From Octopus vulgaris (taxonomy: Eukaryota), in assembly GCA_951406725.2 (NCBI GenBank), contig OX597818.1:79298001-79362000 (forward strand): a DNA stretch of 64,000 nucleotides, read 5' to 3'. The notes below the pieces were generated by a model. The model was not told where the DNA came from. It ran no database searches and saw only the letters and a list, made by a program, of their open reading frames with translations. Below, piece after piece: positions 27,480 through 40,357 of this stretch; position 1 is the stretch's first letter; every line of letters starts with the position of its first letter. The position numbers and the translations under genes are program-made.

Positions 27480-28225
27480 AGGGTACTAATTACACATAGT
27501 ACACTTAATTATTAATTGATAATTTTTATCTGTATGATTTTTATTACGTATGGTAAGCTACTGATATTTCTTTTAAACAATAATATCCTTTTATAAATAT
27601 GTTTGTGTGTGTATGTATGTATGTATGTATGTATAAGCACACATGTGTGTGATTGTGTGTGTGTGTGCGTGTTTGTATATACGTATGTGATTTTATATAT
27701 TGGCATCCCACGCTTGTACCACCTGGGTGGGGTCGATGGTGACTAATCCGATATTGCAACTCTAGTTTCACACATCGGTGTGAGGAGCGTAGGTAAAGAT
27801 TCTGTGGACGAATAAAATAAATCATCGACAATTGTTTTCAAGAGCGGGTGAACTTGATAAAGAGTCAATAACCATAGATCAACCTGCAGACGAAGATCGT
27901 CATTAAAGCTTTTGAATCTTGCACTGTTATCTCATTTGACAACCCCTTGCGCCTAGTTGTCCCTCTCAGATGTACAACCTTTGCTTTTGCGTTTTTGTCT
28001 GACCCAAGGTCTCTCCATGGTTAAGGTAGTTATCAGTAATCTTCTCTCTCCCAGAGCCTCGGGCAATTGAATTCCCTTAATAAATGCAAGGAAAATCTGA
28101 GATGTTTATTTTCATCATCGTATCCGTGGCATTGTCGGAAATGCTAAAAGCGTGCCATTCTTTTCACCCAAAAAATTACACAACATATACCCCTGTAGTT
28201 ATACATTATATACACATACATACAT

Positions 28226-28306
<81 letters not shown>

Positions 28307-28436
28307 TAGAGCTGCTCTTTTGTGTAGTGTGCTAAGGATTCTGCCTTGTCGCCTTAAATAGTCCTTTTTACAATAGGCCATGCTCAGTAACATTTTGTAG
28401 CGAGCGGTCTAGTCGATTATATACACATACATACGT

Positions 28437-28481
<45 letters not shown>

Positions 28482-28498
28482 CAGACAGATAGACAGGC

Positions 28499-28541
<43 letters not shown>

Positions 28542-28556
28542 CAGACAGACAAGTAT

Positions 28557-28615
<59 letters not shown>

Positions 28616-29212
28616 TGCATAGTTATAGATCGACATGTATATATACACAAAAGGTCTAGTCGATTACAGCCTCAGCGCCGCTAAGCGTTTTGTCCGGCGG
28701 AGTAACGACTCTGCCGCCCTGATAATGCAAATAATACTATAGGCACAACACCAGAAATTTTGTGGGAGGGAATTAGTCTGTTATATTGAACCCAGTATTC
28801 AACTGGTACTTATTTTATCGACTCTGGAAGTATGAAAGACGAAGTGAACCTCGGTGTAATACTAACAGTAGTTGTTAATATTATTAATAGCTCTCCGAAA
28901 TATCTTTCGCTTAAAAAATGTATTTATCTTAATAATTGAAGGTCCAAGTAATTTTTTGAAACTGTGTAATAAAATATTTATAAAACAGAGCCAACATTGT
29001 CGTCAATATTTCCAATATTCTTTGATATTACAAAGTTCAAAGTTAGAAACTAGTAAATTATACATGATATTTCAAACCTACCAAACCATTTCTTGCATGC
29101 AAATAGTTTATTAAATATCAGTTTTTATAAGATATTTGCTTTCAATATACATGCGTGAGTTTGTGTGTGTCTATGTGCTCTTTGTATGTGTAGGGAAATC
29201 CAATAAAGAATG

Positions 29213-29264
<52 letters not shown>

Positions 29265-29822
29265 AATATAATATGATATAGTATAACGTAATAGAGACAT
29301 AAATATATTAATATTGATAGAAATTTAAATCAGGAGTGATGGAGTCTGCTTTTCTATCGTTGCAGATTTATTTATATACAGATTATATGAAGTCTGGATT
29401 TTTCAAAGCGATAGAATACTGTCTTTCTGTTTTTTTCTTGTGTGTGTTGATTTCCAACGTCGGAGAGTGAGTCGATCTGTCTATACTTCAGAGAAAAAAG
29501 TGACTCTCTCCAGACTCGTGAACAATTTATAAAAAGAAAAAAAAAGATATTTAAGCTGTGTTCTGCAATTTCCTTGTCAAAATCCAGGTATTTTACTCCC
29601 ATATATAGATCAAGAAAGAAAGAAAGAAACAAACAAACAAACAAATAAATAAATAAATAAACAAAGAAACGCAAGCAAGAAATAAAAACGAAAGGAAGAA
29701 GGAAAGGAAGCAAAAAGAAAGAAAGAAAGAAAGAAAGAAGAGAAAGAAAAAGATACCCTTCATTACTGACTTATTTTTCTACAGTAATGCACAAATACAT
29801 ACACACACAAAGACACTCACAC

Positions 29823-29881
<59 letters not shown>

Positions 29882-30273
29882 TACATACCGATCAGTCTGG
29901 GAATATCTCGACCGTTGCTTTCCGGGCGATTACAGTCTCTATCAGGATGTATATACATACAATTATGTGCGTTGACTGCAACATAAGAGCGTTTAGCTCT
30001 TATTTCTAGCAATGTAGGTGTTTCTAACACCCTCAGTCATATTTAATGACGGTTATAGTTTTCCTTGTTGTTACACATTGCTCACAGCTACCTACATTAA
30101 TTATATATATATATACACACACATATATACATGTATACATACATATATATACACTAGTAAGGATAACAGACTTAAAATGATTATGTATATTCATACATTC
30201 ACATATATGTATTGTGGTTGTGTGTATGTGTGTGTGCGTGTGTGTGTATTTGTGTGCGTATGTTTGTGTGAAA

Positions 30274-30575
30274 GCGGTGACTTAGTAGTTAGGGTATCCT
30301 GTTCACGATCGTAAGTAACCGGCGGCGCGTCGTGTCCTTCAGCAAGACACTTTATATCACGTTGCTCCAGTCCACTCAGCTGGCAAAAATGAGTTGTACC
30401 TGTATCTCAAAAGGCCAGCCTTGTCACATTCTTTGTCACTCTGAATTTCCCTGAGGACTACGTTAAGAGTAAGCATGTCTATGGAATGCACAGTTACTTA
30501 CACGTTAATTTCATAAGCAGGTTGTTCCAGTGATAGGGTCAACTGGGACCTTTATTCTTGTAAGCGACGGAGTGA
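30274..30575 (+). mobile_element. SINE family C
   Basis: GTGACTTAGTAGTTAGGG head, CACGTTGCTCCAGTCCACTCAGCTGGCAAAAATGAGT body. Confidence 0.7.
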
Positions 30576-30771
30576 CATACACACACACATACACACACAC
30601 ACGCACACACATATATACATATATTCTTTTATTGGTTTCAGTCATTTGACTGTGACCATGCTGGAGCACCGCCTTTAGTCGAACAAATCGACCCCAGTAC
30701 TTATTCTATCAGTCTATTTTGCCGAACCATCGGTTGTCAAGTGATAGTGTGAGACACAGACACACACACAG

Positions 30772-30822
<51 letters not shown>

Positions 30823-31960
30823 AGTAATACTAAGCAATTAAGGGTTTAGCAACGAATTGCTTCATATATATATATATACAACAGGCCTCTTTCAGTTTCT
30901 GTCAACCAAATCCGGTCACAAGCCTCTGGTGCCACGCAGTGGGACTGAACCCGGAGCCATGTGGCTTGTAGCAAACTACTTACCACACAGCCACTCCTGC
31001 GCCTGTGTGTGTGCGTGTGTGTGTGTGTGTGTGTATGTAATTATATTGCTAAGAAGCAGAAGAGGGAAGTTTCCCGCAAAGGAAGAGAATCGCTAAGAGA
31101 GAGTTTCTATTTTTCATACACTTATTTTATTATGCGAGTATATATTATTACTATTATTATTATTATGGCTTTGCAGATAAATTCATTTCGCTCTGATTTG
31201 AAGTTTGACAATGCACCGTAACTTGGGCTAAAGCTACATGGTCATTTAAAACATTTAGGAACTATACAAACAATCGACTTTTATTGTTTTTTTTTTTAGA
31301 TAGTGGAGGAAACAGGTGAGAGGAGTACATTAAAAGTCCTTGAGTCACATACAACTAAGATTACCATTAGCATTATACAGAGTAGGATGGATATTTTTTT
31401 AATTTCTTTTAATTGTAATATTGGGAGAGAGTTTGATTGATAGAAAGTCTCTTACGAGTTTAAGATTTTATTCTGGGAGTCTTTCAAAGGTCTTATTTTA
31501 TTTCTCACACTTACCATTCTTTTCCAATACATATTCGCCTTGTTTGTTAGTTTTTCGTGTAGATACGATTACCGTTTTCTCTACAAACTACGTACAAACC
31601 TCTTTTTTTTTTGTTCGTCTCAGGTGCTAATGTGGGATTTTGGTCGTTTTTCCACATGCTGGTTATCACGTCGGGATGATTTCGGATTAGTTTCCAATAT
31701 ATTTCATCTCGCATTGACACCTTGTCATCAGTTTATTGTGTTGCATCCAGAACTCGACCATTCTTTAACACACACCTGTGAAGTTTGTCCAGTGACCGTT
31801 GCACCCGCTGCCGCCATCTACGGTTGCTTTCAGCTTAAGATGCATAAAGAAATAGGGTTTGCTATGAAATAGAAGAGGGGAAGAAATTTCCCTCACGTGG
31901 GGAGAATCGTTATATATATGTGTGAATCTGTGTATGTGTGTGTATATATATATATACATA

Positions 31961-32075
<115 letters not shown>

Positions 32076-32978
32076 TAAAACTTATATATAAAGAACGTGA
32101 AATTCACGAATTGTATTCTGAGATTTGTATGTATGTATGTGATAATATATATGTATGTATATAAATGTGTGCGTAAACTTGTGTATTTTATGTTCCTAAG
32201 CATATATGTGTGTATGCCTTCATGTACCTTTGTGTATGTGAAAGAGAAACAGAGTGTGTATATTGCTATACATTTATATCTAAATTTTGTCCTGGCATCT
32301 ATGCATGCGTATTCAAGCACAGAAAAAGAAGGGGGACTTCTGTGAAGTAAGGCTAATTCTTTAGAGTGCCACCGAAATAGTTGGACTACCCGGTCTAAAT
32401 ATAATACGATATATTGCCTGAATTCGAAATTTAGTAGTTCCAGTTAGTAGTTACAGTTGGCTTTTTGGATTGTAATACATTTACATTTCTAAGTACGCTG
32501 ACCGTCTTACGGTTGCTACTTTCAAAGATCCTGAATGTATGAAACCGGTAAAGTGAATGCAAATAAATCTTTTTAAGACTCCAATTATATTATCAACCTG
32601 TATTTCATTTCTACACAATTACTCACATGCATACAAACCCTCGCCTACCCTCCCCCCCCCACACAGATATATATATATGTATGTATGTATATATACATAC
32701 ACATACAGGTAATACGTTCATGTATACATATGTGTGTGTGTGTACAGACATCCACGCATACGCATCCACGCATACGCTCACACATACATACACACACATG
32801 TATATATATATATATATATATACTCACACATATTATTAATATGTCTTTATGCTCAGTTGTGCATAAATCCAATTTAATATTGAATGAATGTTTACACATA
32901 CATTTATATTTTGTATGTGAGTATATGTATGTATACATGTTCATATATATGTACATATATATAAACGTATATATATGC

Positions 32979-33066
<88 letters not shown>

Positions 33067-33476
33067 TTCAGTAAAGCATTCAAAGTAGCTATAAAATCAT
33101 TCCTCTTTAGTATAATGTTTTGGCTATAAAGATTGGAAAAGATCTAAGGTAGATTGTTGCTCTCTGTCTCTTTATTCTTTATATTTCTGCCATTTGTAGT
33201 CATGCACCTTCTGTTAAGTGACATGGCTCACTGTTTCAGGAAATATCACCATATTTTTGTATTTTTATTTTCATCAAAGCTCATCGTACGCGGTTTGAAA
33301 AAATTGCTAATCACCGGAATTTATGCTTATCATCAACAAATTCTTTCCGTTTATAATTCAATTTGCACTTGAGTTTCCTTAGTTTATTAAATAATATGTA
33401 TACGTAGGTGTGTGTTTGTGTGTGTGTGTGTGTGTATGTGTGTGTATGTGTGTGTCTCTCTGTCTGTGTGTATATA

Positions 33477-34673
33477 CGAAGGGATACCCAAAAGAAACCG
33501 GAATTTTGCAATATTATTTTATTTACTTAGCTTTACACTTAGCTTTAAAGTATTCTTCGTTTGAAGCAATGCATCGGTCCAGCTGCATTTTCACTGTTCG
33601 AATAAGTCACAGGGAGCAAGATCGGGTGAATAGGAAGGCTGGGTGAGCGGGGACATGTCACTGTTGGTCAAAAACCCTCTGACACTCAAGTGGGTGTGCG
33701 CAGGCGCATTGTCGTGATGAAACCACTACTCACCACTTTTCCACAGTTCGTGACATTTTCGTCTCACCGCGTCTCGCAAACGATTCAAAACTTTAAAGAA
33801 AAATGTCTAGTTAACACTTTGACCAGGAGGTACAAATTCTGAGTGGACAATTCCTTTTGCATCGATGAGACAAATCAGCATCGTCTTGACACTGGACTTC
33901 ACTTGACGCGCATTTTGGAGGCGTAATGACATTGAATTATTCCATTGACTTGAACGCTACTTCGTTTCTTGGTCGTAGCTGTAGTAGCAGCTTTCGTCAC
34001 CAGTGATGATCTTCGGAAAAAGTCTGGATCAACTTCAAACTGTTCTTTCAGTCTTTCAGTTCATGACACGCATTTAATCGTGACGGCTTTTGATCTTCCG
34101 TGAGCAAGTGAGACACAAATTTTGCTGCAAATCTTTTCATTCGCAATTCCTCGCTCGAATTTAATTCTCAGGAACTTCAGGACACACCAGCCATATCAAC
34201 AAGTTCGTCAGATGTTCAACGACGGTCCTCCAGGACCGGTTCACTAATTTTTGTGATGCTTTCATTCGTTCGGGAGGTCGATATTTGTCTTCAAGCGAGT
34301 TTGGCCTTCAAGCGACAAGGGACCATTCCTAAAGCCTAAGAACCATTCGTAAACTTGTGTTTTGCTCATAGCAGCGTCCTTGTGAGTTTCTTGAATCTTA
34401 ACAACTATTTCGGTCGCCGTATTCCATAAACAGAAAACAGAATTTCACGGAAGTATGCTGTTCCTTCGTTTCAGCCATCGCAAAAATCGACGAACAGGGA
34501 AGAAGCGCTGCAAAACAAAGACGCACAACGTGACAGTACAAATACACTCGAAAACGCCGGTTGGCAGCCTGATGCCCGAGAGTCTAATTAAATGGCTTCC
34601 AGCGACGGAAGCCTGAACTACAACTGGCTTGTCGCACAGGAAACGCTTCCTGTTAACTTTGAGTACTCCCTCG
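33477..34673 (-). mobile_element. Decayed mariner element with TIRs and TA target duplication
   Basis: Left TA|CGAAGGGATACCCAAAAG, right CTTTGAGTACTCCCTCG|TA; minus-strand transposase remnants EQHTSVKFCF, AMSKTQVYEWF, AAKFVSHLLTEDQK. Confidence 0.85.
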
Positions 34674-34693
34674 TACAGACAGACAGACAGACA

Positions 34694-34740
<47 letters not shown>

Positions 34741-35694
34741 GGAATTAGTGTAATATCGATTTTTAGTGTGGTATATCTTCTGATTGGGCGCTTGCACGGC
34801 TGTGTGGTTATGAGATTCGCTTTACATCCACGTGGTCGGGAGATCAGTCTTACTGCGCAACACCTTCGGCAAGTATCTTCTATTATATATGAGTGTGCGC
34901 TTTGTGCCTTTTTCTTTTGTCATCCTGCCGCCACTGCTTGGCAACCGGCGTCGATTTGCTTATGTTCGCATGAGCTAACGGTTCAGCCAAAATTACCGAT
35001 ACTCCTGGATTTGATTTGTTCGACTAAAACTCTTCAAAGTAGTTCCCGAGTATGGCTGAAACAAGTACATGGTACAAGCAAGATCAATGAAATCGATTAT
35101 TTGCTTAATTATTGCAAACAGAAGTATAGTTTTACATCAGTTATACGAACATGTTTGTGAGGGGAACAACAACGACAACAATAACCGGCAATTAAACTTA
35201 TTCTATCTATAATCCATAACATTCATGTAGTGGAGAGTTACCTTTCGTGAAGGAAATATTTGTTCCTGAACTTCTGTTGTTTACCATCCGATCTTCCAAC
35301 ACGTTCCATCCGGGACTACTTGCTTTATTTTTTCAGTCATTGCGTATCTCCCATTGTATAATGTTTCTTTCCCTTTTCATGTGTGTAATTTTCTGAAGAT
35401 TTTTCTGTTATTTCTAGCTGGTCAAGCGAATGTGTAGAGAGTCCCTCTATGTTTCGGTTTAATTAGGTTAATTAATTTGTAAACTGCTGGTAATGACGCT
35501 GAGGCTTATAAATGAACATATTTTAAATATACTCTGAGTGTATTATTTGCATTATTTACATTATTTACATTCGACGGATATTTGTCCTCATCTTGTTTGT
35601 TGTTAACACGTTTCGGCTGATAAACCCTCCAGGATTCTTCAGGTGTCTTGGGGAAATTTCGAACCTGGGTTCTCATTCCTAAGGTATTTTTCGA

Positions 35695-35776
<82 letters not shown>

Positions 35777-35799
35777 GCTGCTGCTGCTGCTGTTGTTGC

Positions 35800-35881
<82 letters not shown>

Positions 35882-35942
35882 GTTGTTTAGGTCACTGCTT
35901 GGAATCGAACTCGGAATCTTAACCTCTACGCCATATGCCCAC

Positions 35943-36015
35943 GGGCATATAGCGCAGTGGTTAAGAGTGCGGGCTACTAACCCCAAGCTTCCGAGTTCGA
36001 TTCCAAGCAGTGACC
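35943..36015 (+). promoter_or_regulatory. tRNA-derived Pol III internal promoter (Arg-like pseudo-tRNA)
   Basis: GGGCATATAGCGCAGTGGTTAAG (A box) ... GAGTTCGATTCC (B box); acceptor and anticodon stems are imperfect, so not a functional tRNA. Confidence 0.7.
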
Positions 36016-36020
36016 TAAAC

Positions 36021-36100
<80 letters not shown>

Positions 36101-36150
36101 CATCACAAAATACCTTAGGAATGAGAACCCAGTTTCGAAATTTCCCCCAA

Positions 36151-36196
36151 GACACCTGAAGAAGCCTGGAGGATATATCAGCCGAAACCTTGTGTT
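36151..36196 (+). ncRNA. Type I minimal hammerhead ribozyme
   Basis: GACAC-CTGAAGA-AGCCTG...CAGCC-GAAA-CCTT-GTGTT. Three-copy consensus (2821, 35605, 36151): GACAC CTGAWGA A GGCTG..CAGCC GAAA CGTT GTGTT. Confidence 0.65.
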
Positions 36197-37218
36197 AACA
36201 ACAAACGAGATGAGGACAAATATCCGTTGAACGTAAATAATGTAAAAAAATGTTAAAAAATGCACATAATTTCTCATCTCTTAAATATAGAACTGTACTC
36301 TGAGTGCAGTCATGTAGTTTTGAAATACAAGTCTGTTTGAGATACTTCGCTGAGACAATCTATTACGTCCCGTACCTTTGTACGTCTGTATATTCATTAC
36401 AAATATAAATACTGGTATTTTCATCTAAGACTGTTTTAAGTCCGTATATTAATTTAATTCTAGCCCAACTTTCTCACAAATCAATAAATGTTATATTTAC
36501 TGGTTTCCATAGCGAAATCAGCATTTTTTTCAGCTCAAAATAGTGTTTTTAACACAAAATTCTTTTAGATAAAATATTACAGTTAGTGCCGATCCACCTT
36601 TGTATACCCATTATAAAAGTTATATATAGCGGTATTTAATCTAGGGCTGAATAAAGTTCGTATGGTAATGTTTGAAAGGACATTTCTAATAAAAATAATG
36701 ATAAAAGATACAATATTAGACATTTTTCTTCCGTTCATCGCTACAACTCTTTTCTACTTAAGAAACAAATATTCTTTGGAGAATGAAATTCTAAAATAAG
36801 TTCAGATTTATTTCATGTACTAAAGCAAGCCATAGTATATATTTTTATGACATCATGTCTCATATTTCGTTAAAATCCGAAACCAAGTTTCTTCAGAATA
36901 AAGGTACTTTTTTATCATTTGGCTATTTTGCTTTTCTATAATACATTCGTCACAAAATAAATATATATTTTTATCTATGTTTTGCTTTTTAATTGCTTCA
37001 ATCGTTGGACTACGATCATGCTAGAGCACCACCTTGAGGTACCGAATAAATCGACCTTAGTATTTACATGTTTTTAAGTCCGCTACTCATTCAATCAGAC
37101 TCTGTTGCTGAACCACTATGTTAATGTAACATAAACAAATCAACACTGGTCGTCAACCAATGGGTGATGGGACAAACACAGGAAAACACACACACATACA
37201 TATTTACATACATACATA

Positions 37219-38250
37219 TTAGGTCTGATCAATAAGTATCCGAACTGTTGCCATAGTAACGAAGCTAAAGCACGCAGAGTAAAGCCTCTTGGTACAGTTT
37301 GGTCTTGACCTCTGCTGAACATGCGCACCAAGTTTTAACGTTCTGACTCACTTCCGCTGTTTACAGCAGTGCTTCGAAGTAACGTGTGTAACGTATGATC
37401 ATCGCTTTTACCATGACAGAGGAAGTTGTCATGGCGATACCTGCTCAGAGGCCAATGCAAAGTTGCAGAAAGTGTATGGTGGGGAGTGAACAAGTTGCAC
37501 ACAGGTGTATGCGTGGTTTAGACATTTCAAAGATGGTCGAATCACAATCCATGAGTTATCAGAGGATGTTCAGATTTCTTATGGTTCAGTTCAGTCCATT
37601 ATCACTGAAAATTTGGGTATGAGACGCGTATCCGGAAAGTTTGTGCCAGAACTGCTTTCAGCTTACCAAAAAGACACTCGGGTTTCATTTGTACAAGTTC
37701 TCCTTGTTTGAGTAGAGAACGATGAAAACTTTTTGAACATTTTGCATAGGCCTCTGAGCAGGTATCGACAATCAGTTGGCAAAGTTTGATGCAGATTCTC
37801 TGCTCAACTTTCTCTATTATGGTCAATGCGACGGACATACCCTACACACAGTACTTCCAAGCACTGCTGTACACAGCGGAAGTGAGCTAGAACGTTAGCA
37901 CTTAGTACGCGTGCACAGCAGATTCACTCTGCGTGCTTTAAATAATATAAAAAATGTTAAAAAATGCACATAATTTCTCATCTCTTAAATATAGAACTGT
38001 ACTCTGAGTGCAGTCATGTAGTTTTGAAATACAAGTCTGTTTGAGATATTTCGCTGAGACAATCTATTACGTCCCGTAACTTTGTACGTCTGTATATTCC
38101 ATTACAAATATAAATACTGGTATTTTCATCTAAGACTGTTTTAAGTCCGTATATTAATTTAATTCTAGCCCAACTTTCTCACAAATCAGTAAATGTTATA
38201 GTTACTGGTTTCCATAGCGAAATCAGCATTACTATGGTGACAAGACCACG
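37219..38250 (+). mobile_element. Mariner-derived foldback element (5' end duplicated inverted) with interrupted right arm
   Basis: Transposase remnant YAWFRHFKDGR..LGMRRVSGKFVPELL (37505-37711). 37740-37940 is the reverse complement of ~37265-37460 (EKVEQRICIKLCQ..DTCSEAYAK). The terminus resumes at 38229-38250 + TA. Confidence 0.8.
37941..38230 (+). repeat. Near-identical direct copy of 36234-36525
   Basis: AAAATGTTAAAAAATGCACATAATTTCTCATCTC...CCATAGCGAAATCAGCATT present at both loci with few differences. Confidence 0.95.
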
Positions 38251-38387
38251 TACATAAATATACGAGTGAATGGGTAAACGAAAGAAACAGGTACTTAACA
38301 CATTTAATAGTAGTAACATTATCATTTAAAACAGTGTGATCCGGCTCCATGCTTCAAGTTCTGCAGGCCTCTTTACAGAAACCTAGC

Positions 38388-38519
<132 letters not shown>

Positions 38520-38914
38520 GGAAATGTACTTGCATAGCAAGTGATTTGATCTGAGATCGTGTGCTGAAACGAAAACAATTGCAGCGTGGAAGGTGTCTGT
38601 AAACCATTTAAGAAACACACAAAAGCCATTCGATTCACTTCAACATTGAAGTTTAATTTGTCAAAATATTTTCGTCGCTTTAAGGCCGCGACCTGTTCAC
38701 TGACAAAAATCTGTGCTGCATCCGTGCTGCATATATATACATATACATACATACATACATACATACATACATACATACATACATACATACAATGCTGCTC
38801 TGGTGCTTCCGTCTACCAATTTCACTTACAAGGCAGGCACTAGTCGGCACAGGGCTATAGTACAAGAAAGTTCCCCAAAGTGGGACTGAACCTGGGTTGT
38901 AGTGCATGCATACA

Positions 38915-39240
38915 ATCAGCCAGCTTCTTGTTTTCAATCCAATCATTGATGCCGTCACTCCAAAAATGTCTTTGCCTCTTGATCTCCACACTTCCTTTGA
39001 GGATTTTCTTAGTGACTCGTGGGGTATTGTTTGTCCAAAATACAACTTTGTGGATTTGATTTTCAACAATAGATGAATTTGGATTTGCAGCTTCTCTAAC
39101 AATGCAAGTTTTTACCCTGGCTATCCAGTTTATACTTCCAATCTGCGAAATGTCTATATCTCAATAACTTCTGCTTTATCTCGACAGCTGTGTACATTAT
39201 ACAAGTCTCTCATCTGCAGAGAGCAACTGGCGTACTATAA
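38915..39240 (-). mobile_element. Decayed RTE-type LINE C-terminal fragment
   Basis: LLLKIKSTKLYFGQ followed (frameshifted) by KKILKGSVEIKRQRHFWSDGINDW, resembling the RTE 'KL.YFGH...ILEG.VEG.R.RGR...W.D.I..W' motif. Confidence 0.5.
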
Positions 39241-39417
39241 CAATTTACTAGCCTTTAACAATTTACTAGCAATGTTATGTTGTTGTTTATTTTGTGATGA
39301 ATTTAGCTCTCATTCTTATATATGTCACTTTAGCCTTAATCCCATCGTATCCTTCCATTTTTCGCTTTGTCAGAAATGTTCAAGTTTCGTTTAAATTTCC
39401 CTTTTGTATCGTTGCAG

Positions 39418-39638
39418 GTATCCAGATTTTATTTACGCGAGGCTGTGCAACCTTTTTCCAAGACGAAAAATGCATAATAAGGAACGTAACGAGAGGTCGA
39501 CAGAAAAATGTATGTTTCCGTACATGTGCCACAGACGGATGCAATGCTGAAGGACTGAAACTTCGAGCGTCTTCTCTAAATATCCAAGCTTCTTTCAGTT
39601 TTGTTATTGCTACAACTTGTTTCAGTTTCTTCCATTGA
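39418..39638 (+). CDS. Ly6/uPAR three-finger (Quiver/Sleepless-like) protein, last coding exon (C-half of LU domain + GPI signal)
   Basis: Acceptor ttttgtatcgttgcAG|GT is phase 1 and joins G5365 to give Gly. Encodes IQILFTRGCATFFQDEKCIIRNVTRGRQKNVCFRTCATDGCNAEGLKLRASSLNIQASFSFVIATTCFSFFH*; RGC and CxxTCxxDGCN motifs, hydrophobic tail. Confidence 0.88.
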
Positions 39639-40351
39639 ATTTTATATTTGTTGTTCGTTTCCTTATCCTATTATTGAGGATGGCGGAGAGGTTTAAACTG
39701 ATTGGTGCAAACCAGTTTATGATCCGGTTTCGATTTCTACTTGAAAACTATTTTACATATTTTGCCAATAGCAACAACTTCTTCACATTTTTTTTCTTTG
39801 GCGGCAAATCGAAAATGTCATGTCTGTGTGAAAAATCAAAATGCATTAATTATTCGCCTTTGGTTATTTCATAGTGAGCTTTTGCACACGGTTCTTATCT
39901 CGTTTGCTGAGGCATATCTATTGACTTTTCCTCCGGTGTGTTTTATATTAATCCATCGGCAAATATCAACATGACGTTAACGATTCGTTCGAAGAAGAAT
40001 AGAAAAACTATGGTTCACAGTGCTTATTTTTATTGAGAAGTGAAAATTTTGCTTCCCAGTACTCTACGACGGTATAATATAAAGTGAAGGTAAAGGATTT
40101 AAAGGAGAATATTATATACACTCATATATGTAAGCATCAAAATTAGCAGTGAGGTATACTCACTCACACACACGCATACACGCACATACATACATATATA
40201 TTCACCTGAACTGAAGATCGTGTGTTTGACAGAGAATGAGTGAGAAAAGAAAGGGAAAATAAGAATGAGAATGAATATAAAAATGAGAGAGAGAAAAGAG
40301 AACAGCTATATTTAAAAAAAAAAGGAACAAATAGTTTTCAAAATCTTATTG

Positions 40352-40357
40352 AATAAA
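40352..40357 (+). promoter_or_regulatory. Candidate polyadenylation signal of the Ly6 gene
   Basis: AATAAA ~710 nt after the stop; another at 40879-40884. Confidence 0.3.

Larger units (their letters stand above)
35541..36296. mobile_element. Head-to-head inverted dimer of a tRNA-head/(AAT)n/hammerhead PLE-related element, flanked by TSD
   Basis: Arms mirror around ATATGCCC-AC-GGGCATAT (35941-35942); direct repeat ACTCTGAGTG at 35531-35540 and 36297-36306. Confidence 0.9.

Noticed and set aside
35943-36015. Functional tRNA gene (ACT anticodon)
   Set aside because: Acceptor and anticodon stems do not pair properly; part of a repeat
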